Source: Macrostomum lignano (lineage: Eukaryota). Taken from it: DNA of 64,000 bases. Positions 47,601-59,833 of the stretch are shown piece by piece. Each line of letters starts with the position of its first letter. The first letter of the stretch is position 1. Below the pieces are notes generated by a model that was not told the origin of the DNA, searched no databases, and worked only from the letters and a program-made list of their open reading frames with translations. The DNA lies in NCBI GenBank assembly GCA_002269645.1, contig NIVC01000011.1, positions 186,001-250,000 on the forward strand, in the 5' to 3' direction. A program made the position numbers and the translations under genes.

Positions 47601-49180
47601 CACCGATCGAAGTCGGCAGGTCGCACCAGCGTCGTTCGAGCAGTTCGATGTCAGCAACGCTGAGGTCGGGCAGCACGCCGCGGACGCGACCCAGACTGAG
47701 CTGCAGCTGGTGATTGGCGTGCCTGGTTTATATCGGGGATTCAGACTGTTCTTTAGTATCTGTTGTTTATATTCAGAGGTCTTTATATTACAAGCAAAAA
47801 AAATTCATTAACGCACCTGAGATCTACGCAGCTCTGTGTGAGCTCAGCGCAGCGCTGCTCAAGCAGTCGCGACCGTGCGGACAGTTCAGCCGCCTCAGCT
47901 GGCGACGATGCGGCAACAGCGGCTCGCAATTCGCGACGCACATCCTCAAGATCGTTGCCAACAGCGGACGCGGCGTCTAGTTGAGCTTGCAGAGTTCGAT
48001 TCTCCGCTAGCAGAGCTTTGTCAACGCGAGCGATGCCACCAGCGTCACCTGTGGCCGTCGCCGAGGTCAGGGCCTCTACAACAGCTCTCGACGCGCTCAG
48101 CTGCTCCAACAGGGAAGACGCCTGCGACTCGAGCTGGCCGATTCGCTGGCGCAGTCGAGGACACTCTGGACATTCTTCGGCGACTGCTGAAGTACCCGTC
48201 GTTGGAGCGGCATTGTCAGTGACGTCCTTACTGTAAAAAAGTTGTTTGTTTGTTGGTACTAATATTTAGTATAGAATAGACATATTTCTTTGGAACTGAT
48301 GCACTCAAGGCAGAGCAGGAAAAGTCAGGGCGGTGGAACAATCGAAATTGTCGAAAACAATCTTATTATTGTTTTCGAGTTCTTCTAGAACTGGCTTAGG
48401 ACAGCCTGCTTAAACTCACCGACTGCCACCAAATCTAGCGCCGTTCAGTGCGGCTCCAGTTGCGAGCACTGTTGAACTGTTCCTCAACGGAGCTGAGAAG
48501 TCCGGCACAACTGGTGACTCTTCAAAAGCCGGTCCCAATACGGTATAGCCGCCTGGTAGTCGAGACACCGACTGCGGAGGCAGCCCGGTCGACTGGTGCG
48601 GCAAGTACACCAGCTGCTCGTCGGAGATGGCCGACACCCGGCCTAGAGCGTCCAGTTCGGCGAGGTCCCGGCTTACCGTTGAGCCCTGAAGTCGGCGCTG
48701 TCGTTCAACCAGAGAGGCTCGTCGCTTCTCTGCCGCGGACTCTTCCTGGCGGTGCCGCTGCGAGCGAACGCTGGAGAGACCGCGTTGCCTCGGCGCACCC
48801 CCGCCAGCAGTGGTGCTCGGGGTTGAGCCCCGGCTGCTCCCGTTCGGCAGTAGCATGTTTTCGCCGCGATGGTTCACGTGCTGCCGGACGCTCGCCCGCA
48901 GTTTGGCGGCACCCGACGACGTTGCGCCGAGACTGTCCTCGCAGTCGCACTCTTTTACGCCCGCGGCGTCGTCACTAAGCAGGTCGTGACTAAAATCGTC
49001 TTCGTCGGCGACGTCTTTGCGTCGATCGTCGTCTAAATCGCCGTCCAGAGAGTCGAGAGTGAGGTCTACGGAGGGCGATTTTATAGCGGCCGATGTGCTG
49101 TCCGACTGGAGCTGCTGCTGCTGCTGGCCAGCGGTTGTGGCCGCGTTCGGCTCAATAGAATCGTAGTACGAGTCGTCCAT
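44681..49180 (-). CDS. Large coiled-coil protein, ~1331 aa, 4 exons (family not recognised)
   Basis: Exons 49180-48420, 48230-47817, 47722-46775, 46553-44681; all junctions are phase 2 and sum to 3996 nt with a single terminal stop. Disordered N-terminus followed by a long A/E/L/R-rich heptad region. Confidence 0.85.
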
Positions 49181-50959
49181 GGCTAATTAGTAGATTGCAG
49201 AGCCGATTTGATTGGGCAGTACACTTCAAGGTCACTTACTCAGATCCACGCCCTGATCGCATCTGCTCCTGAATATTTTAGTAGTTAAGTAACGCTGCTG
49301 CGCTTCTCAAAACGCTGCATCCACAGTTAAGGCCACTTTTTTAGTCGCTTGTTCAGTCGAGACTGAAAGCTACCTGAGACACTTTTCTATCCAGAGAGCC
49401 CTCAGTTTAAACCTATACGGACCAGCAAACAATAGAAACGACAAAATAAGAAGAAGTAGGCGGAGAGACTGAAACAGTTTATGAATGCGATGCAATTTCC
49501 AAGTTTTCTATTCGCCTTAGTTAAAAAATGAAATGTGCGTGAAAGCCTGGAAGAAAATAGTGAATAAGTAGTAAAACCCAAGGCTCTTATTTACTGAAAC
49601 CTTCGCGCGGTATTCTAGTTGGCCCAGTTGCAGAGGGCGTGCAGGTATTTCACCTCGCTGCTTTGGCTGCGGGTCTTTCTGAGGCTAAGCAACGCTGGAC
49701 GCTCATTTTTGGCAGAAAACCAACTCTTATTGAGTACTTTTTATCCTCTCTCTCTCTATGCTACTCGCTATCCATTCGCTCTATCTCTCGGCATACCATG
49801 CGTGTACTCAGCTCAAATTTTGAGCTCACACGCCTGTGTATGGATGCGGCGCGTGTTTACCCTTTATTTTAAATTACAATCTGGACACAGAGACCGACCG
49901 CCTCAGAAGATATACGAAATGTAGCTCCCAAACCGAATTAACATTCGTGTACTCTCGCATATAGTCATTATCAAATTTAAAGGTCTATTTTTATTGCAGC
50001 TGCATAACTTAGATTAGATTAACAAAAATGTCAACCCAGAAGTATTGCAAAGCACAATTGGCCCACTGCGCATCAACTTTTCATTTCTTTTTGTACATCT
50101 GTCGTGTGATTTGATGGCAGCGTGAATCAGCTTTGGGGGGGGGCAATATTTAATTCGATGCATTGGCCGGTGGATGTTTACAGGTGGCAAACGTTTTGCT
50201 CTCTTTATTCACCGCTTGGTTACATCTTTCATCAAGTGTTTTTGAAGAAGTGCAATTTTTATTTTGGCACAGTTTTTGTGTGTAGCGATAATATCTGAAG
50301 CCAATTCTTGTCGTTTTTCATTTGTCCAGTATATCATCTATGCACCCAAGGAAACCAGGTGTGAAACATCTACAGTGCTGACATTGTGTGGATTACAACT
50401 CTTATCTGTTTCTACGGCAGCTCAGATCTGCTAATTCAGCTTAATTTGCCTCTCGCTCATATTTTACGACGCACTAACCGGTGCCAACTCTGCTTAACTC
50501 TCGCAGCTTGTGATAGCGAATCTGAGTTGACCCACTGGATTTACTGCTGGGGACATTGCTGAGATGTCCAGGCTTACTGGGGGAATTGCTGAGATGGGGG
50601 CACTATAGACTCCAGCACTATATTTGTAACTGAGTATCGGAGAAAGTTTAAGGTAGTGAAAATGCAAGAACTTATCACATGCATTACTCACAGTAGGTAG
50701 TAGATACTGTAATTATGATATCAGACTTTTTGTGATTAATATCACTATATCCATAATTCAATCTTTTTCATCTCTCTAACATATGGAAGTGTGCTTGAAT
50801 TGAGGATTTACGATGTTGATTTAACTGATGTTAATTTACGAGCGTGTGAATAATTGATTTTACAGTTCCAGCTGATTGAGCGTTGCGTACCATTAATAAT
50901 GCATTAGGCAACCTACTACACTCCTAATTGCTGCGATTGCGAGTGTTACACTTGCGATG

Positions 50960-51060
50960 CTTGATTGGCTAAGAAAACGTCCGCCCAGACTGCTGAGTCA
51001 CGTGGAGAACTTGGATCGGAGCGCGTGCCTCGACAGTTGTCATGGTGACGTTCCCCGCAA
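50960..51060. promoter_or_regulatory. Possible promoter motif cluster between divergent genes
   Basis: ATTGG (CCAAT), CCGCCC, TGAGTCACGTGG and X-box-like GTTGTCATGGTGAC (51036-51049) within ~90 bp, between the ATG at 49180 (-) and the ATG at 52023 (+). Confidence 0.3.
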
Positions 51061-52022
51061 GATCAGTACAAAATGTACTTTAGACTGGATTTAAACTGAC
51101 CAGGTTCCGATTCGTTATGCAGAAATTTAGCATACATGTTAGCAGTCGTTAACAAGAGATCTGTGAAAAATTGACCACTGGTTTTGGGGTTGTTGACTAT
51201 GAGTGCGTGAATGCGTACAGTATTGTTTTTGAAAGCACCGCTTATTATTCCTACAAAAACAAGCGTCAATCAAATATAAAAAATGTTGTTTTTCATAAGG
51301 AAAACAGCAAGATTTATCCTATATAAATATAGTCCTGTTGCTATTAAAAAATAATAGACATGAAAAGACGCCCGGTAGCCTTCTTAGTTGTGTAGCTACA
51401 GCTTCACCCAAAGTAATATTTTCGCCAATTTATTAGCAAAGTAAAATGCACAGAAAGCCAGAAAGACAGACAGATGACAGCCCAGGTCCTAAATAGCAAT
51501 ATCAGGCAATAGAAGGGTTGCTATCGCTTCGAAACGAGCAGACACGGTAAACAGAAGCAGACTCCAGTCATTCCTACACACAAAATGATCTGACCACCTT
51601 TTCATTTCTGCACCGAGTACACGAGGCGTGCTGTAAATCTGCACCCACCAAACTCAGCAAGACGCCAAAAAACTTGAGGGTAAGGACAAGACAAAAAATG
51701 AGTGCCACCGAAGCTGGGGCTATCCAGAGCAGGAAAGAAAGTGCAGACTGAGTACAAACAAAAGAGTGGGCGATAGCTTAACCATGCAGAAAGAAAAACG
51801 AGCCAGAGAAGGAAAGCAATAGCAGACAAAAAAGCAAAGTGGAGTGAGATGAAAAACAGCCCCCCCCCCTGTTGTGACTGGAAAGAAAATTAAGCATAAG
51901 ATGACGATGGAGAGCAGGAAATAAAAAGATCCACTAAGGCTTGAGTCTACGCTTCTAGAAAAAATCTGAGAGCTACCAAGACAAAGCAACGATTCAACGA
52001 AGCTCTGCAAGACAAAACCAAC

Positions 52023-53287
52023 ATGCAGCAGCAGCGCCGGCACTATCAACAGAGGATTCGTACGGGCCCGATCGCCTACGAAGAGAAGGTGAAATTCCGT
52101 GGAATCGCATCCAATAAACTATCTAGAGTACATTTTGTACTTGATTACATGTAGTAATCAAACTAGCACACAAAGCCCCCCCCCACGGGGCATCATTTTC
52201 CAATTCAAGTCAGAATGGTTTGCAATCAACATGACCATCGAGCGCATATTAAAAGCATCGTTTCTCAAATATTTGATCCACTTGCCATTCGAATTTTTCA
52301 TCGAAAAATGTTATGTATGACAAAGACAAGCAGCGCAAAATGACTATAATACATGTAGATACGATTCGCACGTTTTTTTAGACTCGGGTGATCGACTTTC
52401 CGCCCGAACACGACCAGGATGCCTACTTGCTGGGCACACCTCGCAGCGGAAATGTCCGACTGCGCAATGGACAGCCGCAGCGGCAGCAAACCAGACACAG
52501 CGACAGCCAATCTGCCCGCCAGTTCGACGTCACCGACTATCACACCGAGGACGACGGTCGGCAGAGAAGCCGGGTAAAGACTCGACCAGTGGTCGGCCAT
52601 CACTATCCAGCCGTTCGCACCCGACCCCAGTCTCAGGCGCCAAGCGTTAGCAACTACACGGTCGCTGGGAATGGCAGCGGGTACTTTGAAAATCCACTAT
52701 ACGAGAGTCACCGGCCAATAAGCGAACGGTTTCAACCACAGCAGAAGCAGCCGCCGCCGCCGCCTTCAGCAACCGTCCAGTCGCCCGTTGGGAAGCGTGT
52801 AGCAGCAGGAAATCAGCGAATGCAGCAGCAGCAACAGCCGCAAGGTTCCACCACAGAGACCGAATGGTCTCGACAGCGAGCCAACTCGGAATCTTCGTTC
52901 GGCGGACGACTTTTCTTCGGCTGGCGGCGCCCTACATACGAAGCGGCGGCTACTCAGGGACCTGCCGACGGCGACGTAGCAACCGCCGGGAAGCTGGAGC
53001 AGCAGCAACCACCGCAGTATCGGGGCAAGAATTTGCACAACTTCTCATTTACGGACGCCAAGATCTATAGTCCGCAATCGCAGCAGCAGCAGCAACAGCA
53101 GCAAAGGCAAATTCTGCAACCAAGCAAGCAGCCAACAAAACAGAACCAGTCGCAGCAACAGCAGCCTCGCGCAAAGATCTGGTGGGCAATGGAGACAATG
53201 GGCGCTGTAAATAGCGCCCATAGCAACCAGATGCTGCTGGCAAGAGGCGCACCAAAAGCGGTGAAAGTTCAAGGCGACTACTGCTAG
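52023..53287 (+). CDS. Gln/Pro-rich protein of unknown function, 2 exons (~323 aa)
   Basis: Exon 52023-52088 (MQQQRRHYQQRIRTGPIAYEEK|gt) joins in phase 0 to 52382-53287 after a ttttttag acceptor; GC-rich coding-like composition. The start may lie further upstream. Confidence 0.65.
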
Positions 53288-53966
53288 TAATCCCCTTCCA
53301 CTCTGCTGAGTATATAAAGTTTTAAATAATGAAAAACAAATATTTCACCTTATTCAACACAAGCTATTATTTTTGTCTTACCAAACCGAAAGCCAAACAA
53401 ATAATTTTTTAAACCTGTTTCATATCCTAATACGTTTATTTATCAATAAAAATATAAGTACAAGGCTCAGAAAAATAAGAGAATGCGTTTTATTGTTTTG
53501 AAATACCAACCTTTGCATTCTGCATCTATGCAGACAGTATTTATTAAGACTAATAGTGTTGAGAAAATAAGAGAATAAAATAATCATCTATTCATTTGTG
53601 ACAGGCAATAAGTTTCTGTGCATACGCTACATACTACTTGCATAGTTCCCAAGACTAGATTTTAAATAAATACATATCTAGTTTCATTTTTCGCGCTCAA
53701 ATGCGTGGAAAGTGCAGGACGTCAATAAACGAGTAAAAAGACAAAAATATATTTTTAAAACTAAGCATGCCTGCACGTATGCTACTAGTAGTAATGAAAT
53801 TAAAAAAGATGCGCAAAATTTTTAATTGCAGCGAATATACCTCGTATGTGTGTGTGTGTGCATTGCGAGAGGTAAGAAATGCAAATTTGCAAAGTAAATT
53901 TCTATATTGCACAAACATCTGCACGGTTTAGGTAATCGGGTACAGCCTAGTAATATGGATTAGCTG

Positions 53967-55260
53967 CTACTGAGTCGGGCTGCTGGCCACACCATTAGAG
54001 GCAGCATCAACTGTTGGTCCATCTGTCTTGACTTTTCTGCTACCACGCCAGACTTTTAGGCCTCCAATTAGAATTCTTTGAAACCAAATAATATTTAGCA
54101 CGTCTAGTAGGCCGCTAAACAGAGTCCACAACGCGAACGTGATTGGAAAGCGAAATATGAAGAATTTGCCACTACCCGTGAGAAAGGTGACAACTTTGAT
54201 CCAATAGAATGGTACTAGAACGATTCGACCGGCTGCGAATGATACCTGGAAGTTAAGTAACATGCGAGTGAAAGCTGAGTCAATAGCTCGTATCATTTTT
54301 AACAGAAACATATAGGAAAATATTTGTTGCCAACGCGTTTCGTCTATCATAAGACGTCGTTAGAGTTTCAAACGAAGCTTCGTATATCAGAGAATTTACA
54401 AACCCAAATTAGAGTAGTAGTAGAGCTTAGAGTACTGTGAGCAGTGCCATGTCTACTCTCTCTCTCTCTCTCTCTCTCCCTCAGTTCTGTACTTTGGCTC
54501 GCTGTGAAACTGTGTTTCTGTTGGCGTCTTCGTATTATTCAGTTCATCTTTTAAGGTGTGGCACATCAATTTGATGAGAAGACAGCTGTATCATTAACGA
54601 GAAAAGACAGCTATAATTCTCAGCTTGTATCCACGAGAAAGCAGAGCTATCACATTATCTATCGTCAAGGAAACCAAAAGCAACCAGCACCGATGATGGA
54701 ACACTCACTGCAAGGACCAGTGAATTAACAGAGTTCAGCATCGGCGCCCTATTTCGATAGCCGGAGATCCGGAAGAACCACATTAAATTCACAAACGGCG
54801 TGCTGACCTCCGAGATGAGTCGGAACAGAACAAAATACTGCAGCATACCGTAGTGCGTGCAGTACAAAAAGCAGATCATTGCCACACAATGGTGCAACAG
54901 ATACGGACCCATTTCTTTCCAAGTCATGTAGGCCAGCATTCCAACACAATCGGCGAGCATGTAGCCAGCCATGACAACCATGGCTGCGGTTAGGAACCAC
55001 CAGCTGCCGCCAAGATTCTTTGGATCGTTGAACAAGCTGACTGGCTGACAGAGCCAGCAGACTAGGCAGACAAGACAGCAGAAGACTGCGTGCACCGAGG
55101 AGCCAACCCGAGCGTCCCATTCGAGTCTTTGTTCGCGTGTTAAACTACCATAGCCAGAGGAGCACCAATTGGCGCTGAATTTTGGGCTCAAATTCCAGTT
55201 GAAATGAGCAAAACCAAAAAATGATGCGACACCGCCTAAAGTGCTCCAATTTAGTAGCAT
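53967..55260 (-). CDS. TLC-domain membrane protein (TLCD4/TMEM56-like), copy 1, 2 exons
   Basis: Exons 55260-54709 and 54245-53967, phase 0. Motifs EWDARVGSSVHA, GYMLAD, YLLHH, SEVSTPFVNLMWF, GR, LNIIWF. Confidence 0.88.
54330..54535. mobile_element. Truncated copy of the fold-back element at 56313-56819, in the TLC copy 1 intron
   Basis: Shared blocks AACGCGTTTCGTC, AGCTTCGTATATCA, AGAGTACTGTGAGCAGTG, TGTTTCTGTTGGCGT. Confidence 0.7.
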
Positions 55261-55423
55261 GAGGACCAATTATGCGACTTTCGTGTTCGTTTGTACTTTG
55301 TAAATAAAGCGGTCTCTCTTTGTCTGCGCAGCTGAAATAAATATTTTTGTTCGTGGTTGAAAGTTTCTTTAATAATTCGTTTAATTTCTCAACATAAAGT
55401 TGTTGCTTCTTTCGCTAAAGAAG

Positions 55424-55582
55424 GGCGCCAGCTACAGAGGGGCGCCAGCTACAGAGGGGGCGCCAGCTACAGAGGAGACGCTAGCTACAGAGGGGGCGCC
55501 AGCTACAGAGGAGGCGCCAGCTACAGAAGGGCGCCAGCTACAGAGGGGGCGCCAGCTACAGAGGAGGCGCCAGCTACAGAGT
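55424..55582. repeat. 17-19 bp minisatellite (GGCGCCAGCTACAGAG[G])n
   Basis: About 9 units. Confidence 0.9.
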
Positions 55583-56312
55583 TGACAGACTAAGAGAGGT
55601 CTCAAGACTGCTGCTGGTAGCTGTCCACAACAAGCTGCCTGTCAGCGCGAGTCTTCAGAACTTCAAGTGCTATTTTTCATGTAGCTAGCTGTTGTCTTTT
55701 CTTACTCAAAAACTGGCTATGCAAGTGAAAGAACAAGTCAAAATCCAAAGCACATTTAAAAATGAAATAAAATAAAATGTTTAATTTTTTGCATTCTTTT
55801 TTCGTCATTAAGCAGCTGCAAGCCTGTCGCAACGAAACACACACTGAATAAATCATTACGTGTATAAGCACAGTCACTATCAGCGATAGCAGTGAGCTGT
55901 CGGGTGTTCCAAATTCAAAAGCAATAAAATAAAATATTAGACAGGGGCAAAATGTAAAAAAATGAGTCAGACAAATAATAGTTTCAGTTAATAGAGCAGC
56001 TTTGAACTGTATATCAGGTTTTTGTTCAGCTTTCATAAAAATAAAAAAAAAGTTTCTTATAAACTAAAACAGTGTCCACACAAAATCACACAATAAACCA
56101 AAGGCTAAAGAGATCCAAGGGTGCTGATGAAGAATCATAAATGAAATTTACATTTGGCAAAGTCTGGCACATGTAAACAGAAATATAATTTTTACACAAA
56201 GACAGCTGAATAAGTAATAAATTAGACTTCAACTACGAATTTGTTTTGTTAGCAATGTTTCATCACAGATTCCATAGAAGTGTAGCTCTTCTAACAAAAA
56301 GTAAGAAAAATT

Positions 56313-56819
56313 AACGCCAACAGAAACATATAATGCAGTTTTTCTTTGCAGTTAACGCGTTTCGTCAATTCAACACACCAGTATGTTTAAGAATAACAAA
56401 CTGTACAGTCCAAAGACGGCTCCAAACAGACCGGTAGAGCCTCAAAACGGACCAAAGCACAGAACGGAGGGAGAGAGAGAGAGCAGACATGGCACTGCTC
56501 ACAGCACTCTGAGTTCACGCTCCACCCCATTGCCAGCTACAAGTAGTTTTAAACGGAGCTTCGTATATCAAAATGCAAACCTAACTTGAATGTACAGCTG
56601 GCAATGGGGTGGAGCGTGAACTCAGAGTACTGTGAGCAGTGGCGTGTCTGCTCTCTCTCCCTCCCTCCGCTCTGCACTTTGATTCGTTTTGAAACTCTAC
56701 CGGAGTTTTGACCCGTCTTTGGAATGTACAGTTTGTTACTCTTAAACATACTGGTGTGCTGAATTGACGAAACGCGTCAACCACAAAGAAGAAATGCATT
56801 ATATGTTTCTGTTGGCGTT
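56313..56819. mobile_element. Fold-back/inverted-repeat element: ~225-bp arms, ~57-bp loop
   Basis: 56313-56538 is an imperfect reverse complement of 56596-56819 (e.g. AACGCCAACAGAAACATATAATGCA / TGCATTATATGTTTCTGTTGGCGTT). Confidence 0.88.
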
Positions 56820-56947
56820 CATTTTCCCACAGATTCTACATTATCATAATGTCTTATTGAAGACATTTCGATGTCTTTTTGTTTAAGTGGAACAACTCGA
56901 AAATGATGGACTATTTGCGGTCTTTGAAAATCAAATCAGCTTGGTGA

Positions 56948-57763
56948 TCACTTCGATTTCACTTCGCCGTCAAGAGGAGCATTCCGAGCAAAATATTTCT
57001 GCATCAACTTTTTTGCGCCGAGAAAGAGCTTCTTAGTCCAAAAGATGTTTAAAAAGTCGATAAGAAAAGCAAGAACAATATAGCTGACTCCAGCCGGCAG
57101 TCGCTCTCTGAAGATGATGAAATCTGTGGCTATATTATCCCGCACAACCAGATACCAGTAGATGGGCAGCGGCGCTATCCGGGTGCTAACAAAGGTCACT
57201 AGCAGCACTAAAGAATTCAGCAAATTCAAATTCGGATATTTGTCAGCAGTTCGAGTTGTTTTAAAGAACCAAAGCTGATTAACAAACGGTGTGCTGAGCT
57301 CGGTGACGTAGCGCACAGACAGGAAACTGTGCACGGCCGGTTGAGCAAGAAATGCAACAGTGCCAACAAAGCCAACCCAATGATGCAGCTGGTATTGCAG
57401 CATCTCCCAGCCGCGTAAATAGCGAAACATGTACAGGGCGTCAACTAGCATGTAGCCGCACGTGACTGACAAGCCAAGCGTCATCACCCAGCTAGTAGCA
57501 TTAATAGAAGATTGCCACAGCTCAGGCTTAACTAGGCAATAAGCTCCAATTAGGAAAGCCAGGATAGCGTGTACAGTTGAGCACACACGACTGTGCCATT
57601 CCAACTGTTGATTGCGCGCCAATTGCTTGAAAGTGTCGCCAAATATTCGGCTATTTATAGCATCAAACCGGTAGATAATTAGCCATATTATGCAGGAGAT
57701 TAGCACATAGGCTGGCCAATAAGCGGCTGGTGACTGCCAAAATACTTGTTCAGCGGTCATCAT
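56948..57763 (-). CDS. TLC-domain membrane protein (TLCD4/TMEM56-like), copy 2, intronless CDS, 271 aa
   Basis: Motifs EWHSRVCSTVHA, GYMLVD, YQLHH, TELSTPFVNQLWF, FVSTRI, LNIFW; basic C-terminal tail ending VKSK. Confidence 0.92.
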   Translation of the reverse strand: MMTAEQVFWQSPAAYWPAYVLISCIIWLIIYRFDAINSRIFGDTFKQLARNQQLEWHSRVCSTVHAILAFLIGAYCLVKPELWQSSINATSWVMTLGLSVTCGYMLVDALYMFRYLRGWEMLQYQLHHWVGFVGTVAFLAQPAVHSFLSVRYVTELSTPFVNQLWFFKTTRTADKYPNLNLLNSLVLLVTFVSTRIAPLPIYWYLVVRDNIATDFIIFRERLPAGVSYIVLAFLIDFLNIFWTKKLFLGAKKLMQKYFARNAPLDGEVKSK

Positions 57764-57906
57764 TGGCTGCGCCTCTTTTTCAATGAAAATTAGGAAAAAT
57801 ATTGAATCATTTTTATTAGCCGCTGCAATTACATCTGGCTGATGTGACCTGCTAGAAAAGATAAACGACCCTACCTAATAATTATATAGTTATTAAATAG
57901 TACTTT

Positions 57907-58266
57907 GGGGGGGGGCGTAGCTTAGTGGTCCAGCGCGGTGCTCTGATGTGCCAGCAGCCCAGGCTCGATTCCAAGTGCAATCACATTAAGTTGGGGCTAA
58001 ATTGGAATCTCGGCTTGGCTCTGCTCGTGCAATTAACGCCCAGCTTGAGGGCCAACCCCCAAGGCACAGTGAAGTGTACATTCCTTCACTGTGATAAGTA
58101 AAGTTAGGGCCGCTGTACACTACTGTGTGAGTGTGTGCCTGTGCGTGTGACTGCGTACGTATCCGTGGCGCTTGTGTGCCTGCTCAGGGGAGTCGGCGGA
58201 ATGGGCAGCAATGCCTCTCGCTGGTTGTGCGACAATTTCACTTAAAGTGCGCAACGATATTAATTG
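57907..58266 (+). mobile_element. tRNA-derived SINE, ~360 bp
   Basis: A-box TAGCTTAGTGG, B-box GGCTCGATTCC, AT-rich tail; exact 11-bp TSD AATAGTACTTT at 57896-57906 and 58267-58277. Confidence 0.85.
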
Positions 58267-59051
58267 AATAGTACTTTCTATACTATATACTACTTACTAA
58301 GTAGCTAAAATCCTCTCACTTACGAGAAGTCGAAAAACCTAACCTATATTTTTTCAACTTACAATTGAGAACAATAACATAAAGTACACGTAGCTAGTGG
58401 AAACAAAGTAGGCTAAAATGTTTTATTCAAAATTAAACTTGGCAGCAAATTAGTTAAAAACAAACACATAAACAAATAATTAAGACAAAACTGAATGTCT
58501 AGAATGCGCTTATAACAACAGAAAGCAAATTGCTTCATAAAAAAAAAATCTGAATTATTGTCTAGCAAGCTTTGAAAGCACTTTTAGTCAAGTATAAATA
58601 AGTATGCTCGAAGATATATGGTAGCTATAGTACTGTCAGTAGTTTGATTAAAGATCCTAATAAACAGCATTTGCGATACTTGGATATACAAGACTTGATT
58701 ATAAAGTATTGAATACATAGGTAATTGGTTCGTCCCATGGCCTATAAAGTTAATAGAAGAAATGCCATCAAAACAAAGCACTGGCATTTTCAAGAATAAA
58801 AATGGAACAGTTAGAAGATATATGGAATAGTGTGAAAAATAATTTATTTCAAGTTCTCTAAGAATTTGTTTAACGTTGGATGTCAAAAATATATGGAAGA
58901 AACGTGTACGTATAGGAATAGACAAAGAAAAGCGTTTATATTGTTAGAGCAATAGTTTGCTTTAGATATTCTGGATTTGATTTAAATTTTTAGCCCTGCA
59001 TTAAACCGAAAGTTGCAATAAGGAAATAGTTAATCTCATATTATTTTAGAA

Positions 59052-59425
59052 ATGGGGAGTTGCTGAGATGCTACGGCTCTTTGGGGGAGTTGCTGAGATG
59101 TCAAGGCTCTTGGGGGGAGTTGCTGAGATGTCAAGGCTCTTTGGGGGAGTTGCTGAGATGTCAAGGCTCTTGGGGGGAGTTGCTGAGATGTCAAGGCTCA
59201 TGGGGAGAGTTGCTGAGATGTCAAGGCTCTTGGGGGGAGTTGCTGAGATGTCAAGGCTCTTGGGGGGAGTTGCTGAGATGTCAAGGCTCATGGGGAGAGT
59301 TGCTGAGATGTCAAGGCTCTTGGGGGGAGTTGCTGAGATGTCAAGGCTCATGGGGAGAGTTGCTGAGATGTGAAGGCTGTAGGGGGGGGGAGTTGCTGAT
59401 ATGTGAAGACTCATGGAGGAGTTGC
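59052..59425. repeat. 30-bp minisatellite (GGGGAGTTGCTGAGATGTCAAGGCTCTTGG)n
   Basis: About 11 units; a related 2-unit fragment lies at 50545-50600. Confidence 0.95.
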
Positions 59426-59833
59426 TGAGATGGATGCTAAGGGTCTTTTGGGAGTCATTGCAACAGAACATCAAAGGGAGAGGTTGGGGTCAAGTCATGA
59501 CTCAACGGGAGGCTTTGATGCCAAAGCTCGCAGGGAATGGTGATATCTTAGGCTAGATAGCTGGCTTTTAGGGCCGATGCTTTTTTTGCTAAAAACGTCA
59601 TTTTCCTTAAGAAACTAACAATAATGACTGTACAATGTCAAAAGCTAAATTTAGTTTATTCAAAAAAATTTTGGTTGCCTCCTAAACGGGGGGGGGGCGA
59701 AGATTGCTAGTCCACAAACACTAAATCTGATAGTAAATTGTAGATTCCAAAATGTCAAGCACATGACGTTTGTAAATTTGACGATTCAATGTACATTTAG
59801 GCACTATTACTAGCAGAAAAGAGCAGTTAGGCT

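Noticed and set aside
44858-48978. Plus-strand ORFs overlapping the 1331-aa coiled-coil gene, and antisense ORFs over the SET, TIR and XKR exons
   Set aside because: Shadow frames of GC-rich coding sequence with no independent motifs.
56115-56155. CTGATGA...GAAA as an intact hammerhead ribozyme
   Set aside because: The sequence between the motifs cannot form stem II and no stem I/III pairing is visible.
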